DNA from: Strigamia acuminata
Taxonomy: Eukaryota
NCBI GenBank assembly: GCA_949358305.1
Contig: OX442314.1
Location: 29,636,001 to 29,700,000 of the forward strand
DNA length: 64,000 bases
Reading direction: 5' to 3'
Both the position numbers and the translations under genes were made by a program. Positions 34,265-46,477 of this stretch are shown here, one piece after another; position 1 is the stretch's first letter, and each line of letters starts with the position of its first letter. The notes beneath the pieces were generated by a model, which had not been told where the DNA came from, did no database searches, and worked only from the letters and a program-made list of their open reading frames with translations.

Positions 34265-35852
34265 ATGAGCCCTACTAAAGTTAGAGGTAAGAAGACAGCA
34301 GATGACTCTTTAAGCTCCAAAAAAGCACGACCACCGCGTGGTCGCACCAACACCACTAAGCCTATCACCACCACCACGCGTGTTGAAACTCACCACGAGC
34401 CCATCGCGCCGCCTTCCTCGTCCCAATCGAGGATCCTATTAGATGGTTCCATCGTTCCCACACCATCAGATGAAACGATAGAACGCCTTGACGAATCTTT
34501 TGGAAACGATGATGTACGGGATCCGAGAGGGCCCGACTTTACCGCCTCGCAAGTCGCGAATAGTCAGGCGCCCGACTTGGGACTTTCTTCCCAGGCCATC
34601 GAGAAGCTCATCTTTATGGCTTTCTCGCAGAATCAGACAGGTGGGGCCCCTCTTCAGCGGGAGGGGTCTACCGAATTGCCAAAAATGTCTCGATCTCGTA
34701 GAGACGAGTGGGGCACATTTCAGTCTGAAAATCAAGTAAGTAATTCTCATGCGGAATTGTAGATAAAATTCTCACTCTTGTTACTGACTGGTTGTAGTCA
34801 GATGTTTCAGAGTATGATTCCGACCGTTCGTCACGCTCTAGCTCGTCAGACGATGAGCGAGAATTTTCCGCAAGACTGTCTCGTAAGGACCGTGAAATTA
34901 TACGTCTCCGACGAGAACTCGAGAAAAGGGACAAACCGCACGCCAAATCGCGAAAATCGCCGTCTCGAAAGGACGAGGAATCCGACCGATCGTCGGACGA
35001 CTCCGATGATCTCGAAGAAGATGCGCCTTTTCTCCACGAATCGTCCGCCAAGGAAATAGTTCGAATTTTGAGCAAACCAGTTTCGACGGCCAAAAATAAC
35101 AGTTTTAAGGCCGATTTTCCGTGCCCGACTCGACAGGTTCCCTTTTTGAAAAAGAAGAAAATGGACGAAGATGTGGAGGCCTATGTGGGGGCACGAAACA
35201 CGTCCTTTTCCATTCCGCGAGAACGTTTTTTGCGTCGCTTAAACGGCATGATGGCGCGCGTTGGGTCGATTACGGCAAGAATCTACGATCGTTCGTCAAC
35301 AAACGACCCCATGAACAAAGACGAATTGCTTTACGCCAACAAAGCCATTTTTCAACAAGTTCGAAATGCTATGAACGCAATTAGCGACGAACGACGTTTC
35401 AATGTCGTTCAAGGTTTGGGTACGAAGAAGTCCGACATGGTGAAGCATTTTCGAAATTCGGAGGGAGACACTCTTTTTCAAGGGCAATTTTTTGAGAGAT
35501 TCAGTAACCCATATTTTCGATACAAAAAATTTAAGAGCCTTACAACTTATTGTTTTTCCTTGCAGAAAAGCAAGCCGACCAATTCGCATCAGTGGACAGA
35601 GCGAGAAGTAAAAATCCCGCGAAGGGTCCTCGTCGCGATAATCGATTCCGCCGTGGTTTTAGTCGCCCCGTCGAGAGTTTTCAGCGCAGAGATTATTCCC
35701 ACACACGACCGGACGACAGAGATCAGAGTAGAAGCTTTCGTAACCCGGATTACAACAAAGGGCAGCAACAGCCCTTTCGTAAAAACCCCTTCCCCAGCAA
35801 CCGGGGAAGGGGTCGTGGCGGCTTCACTAGAAACGGTAACGGCTTGGTGTAG
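34265..35852 (+). CDS. gag: DIRS Gag, spliced (34265-34735, 34798-35503, 35566-35852), ~487 aa
   Basis: Introns 34736-34797 (gtaagt...tactgac...tag) and 35504-35565 (gtaacc...ttccttgcag) join three segments in frame; ends in an RG-rich tail (NRGRGRGGF). Confidence 0.78.
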
Positions 35853-37960
35853 CCACTTTTCCTTTCCTGACGCCTGTCTTTCATCTGGACGTTTACCCCT
35901 TTGTCACGACACTTGGTCCTTTATCACCTCAGATTCTTGGGTTCTTGATACGGTCAGAGGGATAAAATTGGAATTTTTAAGTCCACCTATTCAATCAGAA
36001 TTTCGTACACCAGTTTTCGATCAGATTAAACATGAACTAATCAGGGAGGAGGTTAAGGCCATGATCCTTAAAGGGGCCGCTTATTCGGTTCTTCCTTGCC
36101 AAGATCAAATAATTAGTTTTCTTTTTCTAGTTTCTAAAAAAGATGGCGGTTTTCGGCCTATTATTAATCTTAAACCCCTCAATTCCTTTTTGGTTTTCAA
36201 CCATTTCAAAATGGAGAATATTCACACCGCCTTGTCTCTGGTGGAGAAAGACGCTTTTATGTTTAAACTGGATCTATCTGATGCCTATTTTTCGGTGGCC
36301 ATACACCCAGAATCTCGAAAATTTTTGAGATTTTTCTGGGAAGGTGTTCTGTATGAACTAGGAGTGCTTCCCTTTGGTTTAGGTCCCGCTCCCTTTTACT
36401 TTACAAAATTGTGTAGAGCTGTAGCAACTTTCCTTCGATCTCTTTACGTTCGGTTAGCAGTCTATTTAGACGATTGGTTTTTTATAAATAAATCTCACGA
36501 ACTTCTTACACGACAGAGGGATTTTGTTTGCCTTCTTTTTCGCGCTCTGGGTTTTATCATTAATTTGAAAAAATCGATCCTTGAGCCCACTACTTCGATT
36601 ACCTTTTTAGGCTTTCTAATTGATTCAGTTTCTATGAGCGTCTCCTTGCCACCAGACAGAGTTCAGAATATTCTTTCCTCCCTCGAAGACTTGCTTCAAT
36701 CAGAAACCTGTTCTATACGAGAACTGTCTTCTATTATCGGCAAACTTAACGCCACAACAATTGCCATTTCCTCTGCGCCCCTACATTACCGGGGACTGCA
36801 ACATTTAAAAGCCCGTAATTTCACCGGAAATTATGAATCCACATGTTTTATAACAGAAGAAGCTAGGTCAGAGCTTTTATGGTGGAAACAAAATTTGAGA
36901 TTTTGCAAGGGCAGATCTCTTCTTCCTAAACCTTGTCTCTTATGCTTTGATTCCGATGCCTCCCTAACAGGATGGGGGGCAACTTCTTCAGGCGTTAGTA
37001 TAGGAGGCTCCTGGCCCTCTCCCCTTGTTAAGAAACATATCAATGTTCTTGAACTTTTAGCTGCATTTTGGGGTCTCAAGTCTTTTGCTAAGGATTTATC
37101 CGATAGTATAGTTAAGATTAGAATGGACAATACTGCAGCGATTGCCTCCATTAATCATCTGGGCAGCCCCAGATCCCGAGACCTTACTGCCGTAGCACAA
37201 GACCTTTGGTCTTGGGCTATGGAAAGGAATATCTCTGTTCAAGCGGAGCACATCCCGGGTCGCCTCAATATAGAAGCGGACGCGGCCTCTAGGGGTAAGA
37301 TCGTAGACTCAGGTGACTGGATGTTGAATCATAAGGTCTTTCACTCCATTGATCAAATTTGGGGTCCCTTTTATTTAGACCTTTTCGCGGCAATGCATAA
37401 TGCGCAATTAGAAAACTTCTTTAGCTGGAAGCCCGACCCTGCTGCTCAGGCCTTTGATGCCTTAGTTCAGGACTGGGGATCAGGAATTTCTTACGCTTTT
37501 CCTCCTTTTTGCCTCGTTCCAAAATGCCTTCAAAAAATCCGCAATGCTTCGACACCTACTCGAATAGTTCTGATCACCCCGATTTGGCCTAGCCAAGCTT
37601 GGTTTCCGGTAATTCCACATTCAGGAAATTTGTTCTTTTCTTTCTACTAAATCGAGATTTATTTTTCAGCTTCTCTGGTCCCTATCGACGGAATCCCCGA
37701 TACGGTTGCCCCAACTCCCGAATCTTTTGACGAATGCGCTGAAACAACCCCATCCGCTTCTCCTAGCGCGATCCCTGCAGCTGGCCGCATGGAAACTGTC
37801 ATCGGTTCCCTCGGAAACGGAGGTCTTTCAACGAACGCTTCCAAATTGGTGGGGTGTTCCTGGCAGTCCTCATCAAATAAGATCTACGACGGACACTGGA
37901 AGTCTTGGCTCCACTGGTCTACACGAAACAATGTTGACCCTGTTCGCCCATCTGCCATAA
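35068..37960 (+). CDS. pol: DIRS RT-RNase H-methyltransferase-like protein, with intron 37609-37669; probably made as a Gag fusion
   Basis: GRL...WSFITSDSWVL, KKDGGFRPIINLK, KLDLSDAYF, YLDD, DASLTGWGA, HINVLEL, DLFA, YAFPPF; removing the 61-nt intron restores WFP|LLWSL...LPQLPNLL...HP...LAAWKLS. Confidence 0.9.
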
Positions 37961-38760
37961 AGTTGGCAAATTACCTTTCTTCTCTTTTTACTGATAATTT
38001 TGCGCTTAGCACAATAAATGCCCATCGTTCGGCTATTTCTCAGACCATCAGTTTAGTTTCTTCAATTGATCTAGGTTCTCACCCACTTATCAGGCGCGTC
38101 ATGAAAGGCATCGCAAATTCGCGTCCACAAATTCCGAAATATTCCTCCATTTGGCATGTAGGCCCGGTTCTTCTCTTCCTTAAGTCACGGTTTCTTTTAC
38201 TTCCTACCTTCTCCAAGTTAGAGATTAATCGTCATATCGCCACACTCTTGGCCCTTTCCTTAGCAGGAAGGGCTTCAGATCTCAAACTCTTATCATCCAA
38301 AGTAGTTTTTTCAGCTAACTCTTGTGTTTTTCCTCTCCTAGGAAAGAGAAAATCCTCCTCTACAGTCCCTTTCGTTCTACCCCGTTTCGAGGACGAGGAA
38401 TTATGTCCGGTCGAGGCCATTAAATTTTATTTAAAACACTCAGCCGCTTTTCGCGGATCCTCTCTTCAATTCTTTTTGGCGTCCTCACGTCCTTTTGGAC
38501 CGGTCACTTCTTCCACTATTGCCAGGTGGATCAAGGAAACCTTGTCCATGGCAGGAGTAAACACTGCTATTTTTTCGGCCCATTCTACCCGTGCAGCCGC
38601 CACTTCCTTTGCTTGGTCAAAAGGAGTTAATTTATCTCACATCCTTCGAGCGGCAGATTGGTCCTCTGCCTCGATATTTTTCAAATTTTATAATCATCCA
38701 GTCGAGAGAATTTCGACTGATTTTACTTCTACTGTTTTAGAGGCTACGAAGAGCCTATAG
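37789..38760 (+). CDS. DIRS tyrosine recombinase, 323 aa
   Basis: RSAIS, GRASDL, LCPV, HSTRAAA, W...FFKFY (R-H-R-Y pattern); overlaps the MT C-terminus in another frame. Confidence 0.93.
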   Translation: METVIGSLGNGGLSTNASKLVGCSWQSSSNKIYDGHWKSWLHWSTRNNVDPVRPSAIKLANYLSSLFTDNFALSTINAHRSAISQTISLVSSIDLGSHPLIRRVMKGIANSRPQIPKYSSIWHVGPVLLFLKSRFLLLPTFSKLEINRHIATLLALSLAGRASDLKLLSSKVVFSANSCVFPLLGKRKSSSTVPFVLPRFEDEELCPVEAIKFYLKHSAAFRGSSLQFFLASSRPFGPVTSSTIARWIKETLSMAGVNTAIFSAHSTRAAATSFAWSKGVNLSHILRAADWSSASIFFKFYNHPVERISTDFTSTVLEATKSL

Positions 38761-38857
38761 TTAAACAACATTTATTGCCTAAGCTGTAATATAATTGAAT
38801 ATTTTGCTAAGTTATGACGCAAAATATGAATTATATAAAGAGGCAATAAATGTTGTT
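38752..38857 (+). repeat. Internal complementary region (ICR) of the DIRS element
   Basis: Reverse complement of the joined right end (...AAAATATTCAATT) and left end (ATATTACAGCTTAGG...). Confidence 0.93.
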
Positions 38858-39914
38858 ATTTCCCACCCTCATTTGGATTTTATGTTTTTGGTTGATAGAT
38901 ATCTTGACCACCCTAACAACATTTGTTTATGGTTTTTTATTGTATTTTCAGATCGCCAATAAAGTCGATCCGTCACCTCTCCTTGATGTTTTCAGTAAAT
39001 AAAGTTTTATTTCTGAAACTACTTGTTTTATTCCTCAGTTCCTTAAAATTGGACTGGGGGTCAGGTCTCGGGCTAGACCATAAGTAGAGGTCAAGCCCTC
39101 CACCTGGTTTTTCTTTTAAGTACTAGTAAATATTAAATTAATTGGACAAGCCTATAGTTAAACAACATTTATTGCCTCTTTATATAATTCATATTTTGCG
39201 TCATAACTTAGCAAAATATTCAATTTCAGTGCGAGTTGGTTAATAAAAGTGAAGTTACTACTTAACGTTATTTTTGTGTACTGATGGACAAACTAGACTG
39301 ATTACAGTACTCCCAAGTTTGCTTTTAACCCATTTACTGTGAATTTTAGAATTAAATTAACCTAGAGTTGCATTTATTACTGTTAAAGGACTACTAAGCA
39401 GGAGAGTTAATCATCCTACATCACTGTTAATGACATGAAAAAGCAACTTGTTCTACCACAATCACTACTAGCCTACTACATTTGGTTCTTGTAATTTGGC
39501 GCAAACACATTCAAAGTGTCTGTCTAAATGGTTTTTGTGTTTCTATAAACATCTAAAACAGATGACATACATTACAAACGTGTGTTATTACAAAGAGTCC
39601 CCTACATGCAAACATTCGAGTTACGAACTTTAAGATGGACAAACTTCAAATTTTGCAACGGCGCATAAGTTAGTTTGCATGTCTAGCACTGTATGCTAGC
39701 TGTTGTACGGTCGTGGACAAAAAAACTTTCCCTCAGTTTAGCTGTTTTAATTTTATCTACCAGGTGGCATGAAAATCCATTGAGATTCAATGACATCAAT
39801 CTTGTCCCGGTCTCTCGTCTTGCCCTAACAACAGTATTAAAAAAAATGACGACAATTAACCCTAAATTAAACCTAAACTATATGGTTAGGTTAATATTAG
39901 TGTTAGTATTAGTG

Positions 39915-40040
39915 CCGTTTTAGCTACCATCACTTTAGCGAACATGTCATTTTAGCGATTTTTGTGTCGCTAAAATGATAAGTTCGCTAAAATGGTGTGT
40001 CGCTAAAATGGAATCGCTAAAATGAAATCGCTAAAATGAA
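39915..40040. repeat. Short TCGCTAAAATG tandem/inverted repeat array
   Basis: Five direct copies at 39968-40038 preceded by inverted TTTTAGC(G/T)A copies. Confidence 0.6.
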
Positions 40041-43000
40041 GTACATCCGTCAAAACCAGGCTTACCAGCAGTCAGGTCAAATTCGAGTTATACCAGCATG
40101 CCGTTTAAAGTGGGATAATACAGAAATAATTTCTCCATCTTGTATACCTTTGCTGGAAACAAATAAATCGACTTGCAAATACGTTCCCAGAACAGAACTC
40201 GTTCATATGTTAATGTATTTCATTTTTATGTTAGTATATAGTTTTAGTTTTGGGTTATATACGTAAACGCTATTCCGATTAAATTTCTTCATTACGGCCC
40301 ACTATTCTTTCCATGCAATTCCACCATTCATTTTGAATGAAATAATATTTTGTCAGAGATCCCCATCGCATGATGAGAGCTTGTATAGTTTCATTATCAT
40401 CCGTTGAAGAGGAGTGAACGATTTTTTTTCAGATCTTGAGTCAGGAATTTTTGGCTTATCCAAATGGGCACATTCGAAATGACTTCTTGTTGTGATAAGA
40501 TGTCTGGTAATTCAGTGAAAACAAGTTGTATGAAGAGAAAAGTCAATTAATTCTCCACACAGTTTGTCCAGTTGACTGCTCACACATGTCATTCTTTGGT
40601 CACTGCTACTTCATCGTTTTCGTTGCTAGGATTCTATTAAAGTGAGACCAATTCAGGCACCGGCAGGCGGCAAATATGTCCTACCCATTGAACCATTGAC
40701 TGCCAAATGGGAAAGTAGTCCACTGTCAGTAAATATCGATATTGATATTTTTGTAATTAATTAGTTTATTTTAGCAAAGAACAAAGGGAAGCTTACCGGA
40801 TTACCCCACCTATTGTCGCATGCCGTTGGGCATGGGTTTATCATCATTTTTACATCTTGCTCAAAAAGTCTATACCAGCATGCGGGTATAGAGCGAAACT
40901 TGCCGGTATAATTGAATAAACTTGTTTTTTTTTTGTTTAAAAGAGCTCAGATGAATAATTGTTAAAATTTGGGCCTGAAATTAAAGTTTTCTTGATATTC
41001 TGAAGATTACTCCTATTTTTTTGGGAAAATTTATAGAAATTTAAGCTAATTTCCTACATCTTGGACGTCTAAATGTGTGTTTTAAGCATGTTTTTGGCTC
41101 AAAATTAAAAAAAAAATTTATATTCACACCGGCATGTCGTTAAAAACGGGGTTTATCGGCATGCCGGTATTACTCGCACTATATCGACGTAAGCGGGGGA
41201 ATACGGTAAATTTTGTGTAGTCTAATGAATTGCCCATCCCCTGTTTACTCTAGAATCGTGAACACAATTTGTGATTACTAGTCAATTGCAGAAATATTTG
41301 ACTACAAACACTTTAAAGTGAACACTCTGTATTGTAAGGTATATGGGGAAGTTCGGGCACTAGGAGTGTGCCCAGTGTGACCGAATTATAATGCGCCACT
41401 GTTTAGCTTCTACTGATGTATTTGGAGTTGCAATTTGAAGCGAAAAGAATTAAATTGTAATTTCCAATGGCTGTAAAATTAATCAAAAACACAGCGGGCG
41501 TCTGACATTCTGCAGGGAATTGAAAAGAAATTCCACTTTCGTCATAATTTGCAGCGCTTTCCTAACGACTCGAGCGGATGTGCATTAAGGAAAGTTATTT
41601 TCAATTTCTCATTATTTTAAGGTTTGTCTCGCGTGATTAATTTGAGTGGACGATTTGTTAATTGGCCCAAACTCCTTTCTGATCACGTTCTCAGTTAGAT
41701 AGAATTGATTGAATTATGCAAATGACACGGATCATTGGTTAATTTGATAGTTTACAGCTAAGCTTGCTTCGGTTGTGGCAGCAGCTCGCTTTGTGCCATG
41801 TTTCCCTGTGTTAACAACTGCTATTAATTATTGAACTTTTTATTGACAAGCTGCTGTTTTTAAATATTAAACTACCAGAACGTTTGAAAACTCATTTGGA
41901 CTAAACAACATTTTGAAGCAAACAGTCGGCCCTCCAAAATCCCGGGTGAAAATTGGATAATTACTGTAACGTTAACTGTTTTTTTTTTACAATAGAGAGT
42001 TTGCAGGATGTGTTTTTCCCTTATTTTGCTCCACGATACACTAATTTAGTGCCATATCGTAAACGTGAACTAGTTCACACGACGATGAACGCGAACTTGA
42101 ACTAGTTTGCGATTTGGTGAACGAGATACAACACTAGCTAAGTGTTTAGTCTAAGATCCAACTTTAACTGGGAACTGGGTCAGCTAAAATTGTGAATTGA
42201 TGACGTCGTATGAGGGGATACCCAGAAATAACCTGAATTCTCTTCTAGTGGGCAGACCCCTTCTACTGTAGTACAAGCTTCCCTTGCTAGATGAGTCATC
42301 TATACCCAAACCCACTCCAAGAGTGTCCTGTGTCTAATTGGTCGAGCCGAATAACCTCTAATTAGAGACTGTGCACTACTGCAAGAAGTAGTTTTGTTGA
42401 TTTTTAATTTTTTTGAGTATTCTAATTATTAGAATTATGTAAATTTAATTTTGATTTTACAATAAAATGTGATTTTCATTGTAAGATGAAGTGTCATGAG
42501 CGCTGTACCTCCAGCGCCACCTACGTTAAAAACCCTTGAATAAACTCACTTGTTATATTACTGTCCACCATGGCTGACCGGTTATTTCATGACTCCGAAC
42601 ATTTAACAATGTCTTTAGTAAATACATACTACAACCAATTAGGTTTTTTTATATATTGTTTCCTTGAGAGTGCACTTGACCTTTAAACACGACTTTGTGA
42701 ATGCATTTAGTGATTTGTTAGATGCAAAACAAACTAAGTTATAGATTTTTTTGGACAGGGGTTGTTAATTCATGAAATATTTCCATAACTCAAAATCAAG
42801 CAAATCTGATTTTTAAAGAAAAAAGTTGAAAAGATAACCGGTTGTAAATGTGTAGAACCAGAATGACAAGGCTTTTGGAAACTAAATTGAGGTTGTTTCT
42901 AAACTAGGTTTACTGCTGAGCCCTGATAAGGGGAAAAGCAAAAACAAATTCAACTTTACAGGTTCCACTTGATCTTTTCTAGAGAATTCTTGCATGTCAT

Positions 43001-43598
43001 TTCATTTATTTTACTGTACACATTAGGTTGCTTTGGTTTGGAGTGTTAATGGAGTCTGCAATAAAATTATTGTTTTAATGCAGCATAATTATTCTGGGTA
43101 AATTTGTCTCATTTAATGAAACTGCATGCATTTTCTCATTATTTTTGACCAATTTCTTACAAATGGGTCATTTTGTGTCATCATCAAAAAAAAATGTGTA
43201 TTCAGTGAAGAGAAAAATATTTTTTTTATCACAATTTCTATCTTGGATTGTTATCTGTAAGTGCAGTGTAGAGTTGGTAAACCAAAACCTGACGATAAAA
43301 AAGCCACAAGTATCAGAAAGAAGGAGAAAGTTGTTCCAAATTGGAAATGCTATACTTTTTTTTAATGTGCTGTAACAGATATGAAATTCAATTCGATCCT
43401 TTTTTTGGTATACCAATAGTCATTATTTTTTTAAAACCCTGGAAGATTTCTTTACTTTTTATTTTTAATAGGCGTGAAATCGAGATAAAATTTTTTCTCA
43501 TTAAACTGTTGTTTGATTAAAGTAGTTAAAAAAAGAAAGTTTTCTACCACACTGTATTTAGAAATGGTATCCGAAGAGTAGATCGATAGAATCATGTA

Positions 43599-43687
43599 CA
43601 GTCGTGTTCCAAAAATACGAAATAAAAATTAATTACAATTTCAATTGCCAGCATAGAGTGAGGGTCCAGTTTTTTTGAACACGACTG
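43599..43687. mobile_element. Tiny Tc1-type MITE
   Basis: TA|CAGTCGTGTTC...GAACACGACTG|TA. Confidence 0.65.
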
Positions 43688-44545
43688 TACAACACCTGCC
43701 AAGAGGTGTCCAAGCCCAATTGGGAACAGAAATAAGTCTGTAGAATGAAATTATATGAAAATCAGTGGATTATTGTGTATCAACAATTGCTTGTAGAAAC
43801 TATTTGCCCAGAAAACCTACTTCTTCAAGTTCTTCATGCTGACAGAAAAAGTTTTCAATAAGCTGTTTTTATGGAAAGAGAATGCTGATTACACTAAAGC
43901 AGGGGTTCTCAAACTTTTTAACGTTTTAAGTTTTTAGTATGGCAATCTATCGCCACCCATTTCATCCTCAATGCATTGAATTTTTTTAGTGATACTTAGC
44001 CATAATAGCCAGAAAAAGTCATCTCGTATTTTGCAAAGTCCCTATTGAATTCTTAGTTTTGGCCAACATATTAATCCTGCTCTATCTTTTGACAACATTT
44101 TAGCTTAATTAGTTGTCCGGCTAGTCATTTGACTTTCTCTTCAAATCCCACTTTCTGAAAAAGAAAAAAAAATTGCTTTAAATTTGCCTGCATGATATAC
44201 CCTTAATGATTTTCCCATTTCATTACATTTTAGGTTTCATTAAAGAAAATCCTTGTTTACAACCTTCCTAATACCACGTATCTTCCAGTCTCCATGTTTC
44301 AAAAATCATATAAAATCCAATATCGCTCCATGTCCCTACCCAGCGTTAATTCCAAATTTTGCTGCTCTGTATTATGAAGCAAAATTATAATTATAATTAT
44401 ATTATGCTAGTTTTACTACCACTGATTAAAAATTTCATATTTACTTTACCGGAAAGTAAAATAAATATGATGTAAAGATTGTCTTTACTGTTTGTAAATA
44501 TAACTTTACAACTTTGCTAAATATGATATTTCACATCATACAGTT

Positions 44546-44661
44546 GCTGCATTCAAAAACTTTAAAACGTATGCAAAACTCGATTCGTGTCTGTACATGT
44601 GACGTCACATGTACACACACGAAACGAGTTTTGCACATGTTTTAGAGTTTTTGAATGCAGC
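44546..44661. repeat. 116-bp near-perfect palindrome (hairpin MITE) centred on TGACGTCA
   Basis: GCTGCATTCAAAAAC...TGTACATGTGACGTCACATGTACA...GTTTTTGAATGCAGC. Confidence 0.8.
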
Positions 44662-44790
44662 TACTATTTACAGAAGTAAACAGACACATTTACTTCCTTA
44701 TTTAACACAGATTTTACTTCAAATTTAATCGAATTTCAGTTACATTTATCATTAAATTTAATTACTGGTAGATTTTTAATTTTGTGTATA

Positions 44791-45242
44791 CCGTACCGCC
44801 CCGTTTAAACGCCCGGGCGTTTAATTGGTTTTTTCGACCGACCCTCCCGGCGCCTATTCGAAGCTCGGCGTTTAAACGGGACCGGCGCTTAACCCAAAAA
44901 AAATCTAGATTACTGCAGAAAAAATTTTTTTTTGGAATAATAAAAAATTTTTGAATTAAATTTTTATTATTTTAATTTTATATTAACCTAAACGTCCCAT
45001 TTTGCTAATAAATGGTCTGAAATAGCAAAGGCACCTGGATTGGAAGTGCCAACAATTGAAATAGCGTCAATTTATGTGCAGATTGCGGCACGTTATCTGG
45101 ACGTACCCGTCGACCCGGCGTCTATTTGAAGCCCGGCGTTTATACGGGCCTGGCGCCTATAAACTTTTGGGCCAATGACTGCCAGGCGCTTAAACGGGGC
45201 GGGCGCTTAAATGAACCCGGGCGTTTAAACGGGGCGGTACGG
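44791..45242. mobile_element. pogo/Tc1-type MITE (CCGTA termini, TA TSD) with subterminal GGCGYYTA repeats
   Basis: 27-bp perfect TIR CCGTACCGCCCCGTTTAAACGCCCGGG. Confidence 0.85.
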
Positions 45243-46477
45243 TATATATTTAACAGCAGATTTAATTGAATTTCAGTTATATTTATCATTGAAATTAATT
45301 AGATTTTTAGTTTTGTGTATATATTTAACAGCAGATTTAATTATCTTTTCTTTCTTGTTTTTATATATTTAACAGCATATTTAATTACCTTCTTTTTTGT
45401 TTTTATAAATTTCCACAGCATTTTTGTTTACTTTCGATTACACTCGGCTTTGCCCGGAGCTTTCATCATTGCATTTGTAAATATTAACTCATCAAGAAAA
45501 GAATACAGCAATCTGAAAATTGTTGCGTTGAAGTAGAAAGTCCACAAAGAATAAGCTGTCCAAATTTTACGACAATTGAGCAAAGCGTTAGAGAGTTATT
45601 GCTGTTTCAGACAAATAGACGCACATTTAGGATTTTAGGGTCAAATATGACCCGGGTTGGTGTTTAAGGGATTTTTTTTAGGTTGGTGTTGGATATTTAA
45701 CATACCATTAGTCGCTTTCACTTTAAAAATGTTTTAACTATTTGCAACCACGGGCTGAGGCGTTCAAGTTTTCGCTTAAGTTCTCCCTAATTAAACTTGT
45801 ACTAATAAATAGAACTGATAACAATGTTTAGGTGTTTTACGACAATTTCATGCGGCCTCCACCTCTTCTTTCCTGCACTTGAAATCCACCATCAAACACC
45901 TTAAAATGGAGCAATAAAATTAATGCTAATTAGTGGAAGCTCGTAAAGATGATGGCAGCTTTTATCTGGCGTTTAACTTGATTGGTTAGACGATTAGAGC
46001 TGAACTGGGGGCTGACGTTCGGAGCAAAGTTGCAATCTGATGAATGACAATCGGTTCTGTCAGGGGACACTGCTCTGCAACACTTTACATTATCAATTTT
46101 TCAGTTGAACATAGTTGTTTGTGTTTTTGGTGCCAAATCAATAGCAAGTAAAGCTGAGGGAAACACAACACGAGCTCTTGGATCCCACCCCTTCATCGAC
46201 AGAAAGTCCTAGCGTGTACTACATTTTTCCACGTCAGTACCGCCCTTATTCAGCTGCAGTGTGCGAGGCTCTCCCACATCTGGTGGTACACGTTTGAGTG
46301 GTTACAAGTGGTACTTGTCAGCAGCCGGTTGATGAATATTCACGTGCAACAAACAGTGATTGTTTTAATCGTTTTTCTGGCTTTATATGTATGAAACGCA
46401 CCTTATTGCCACAACCTATCTTCTAGGAGTGAGTGATTAATTTTCTGAAAATTGCTTCGAAAAGGTACTGTTGTATA

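Larger units (their letters stand above)
34018..39225 (+). mobile_element. Full-length DIRS1-type tyrosine-recombinase retrotransposon with spliceosomal introns
   Basis: 134-bp ITRs 34034-34167 / 39044-39177, right extension to 39225, ICR ~38752-38857 complementary to both outer ends, AATT at both junctions; gag, RT-RH-MT and YR ORFs. Confidence 0.96.

Noticed and set aside
37300..37610. Methyltransferase-like domain as a novel or bacterial acquisition
   Set aside because: The Dam-like MT domain (DLFA...YAFPP) is a known standard part of DIRS1 elements
39915..40040. TCGCTAAAATG array as CRISPR-like
   Set aside because: 11-bp units with 3-6-nt spacers, eukaryotic context, no cas genes
40050..41210. 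Repeated CC(A/G)GCATGC motifs ending in TACGGTA, echoed at 60050-60190
   Set aside because: Probably decayed CCGTA-type MITEs; both ends could not be defined
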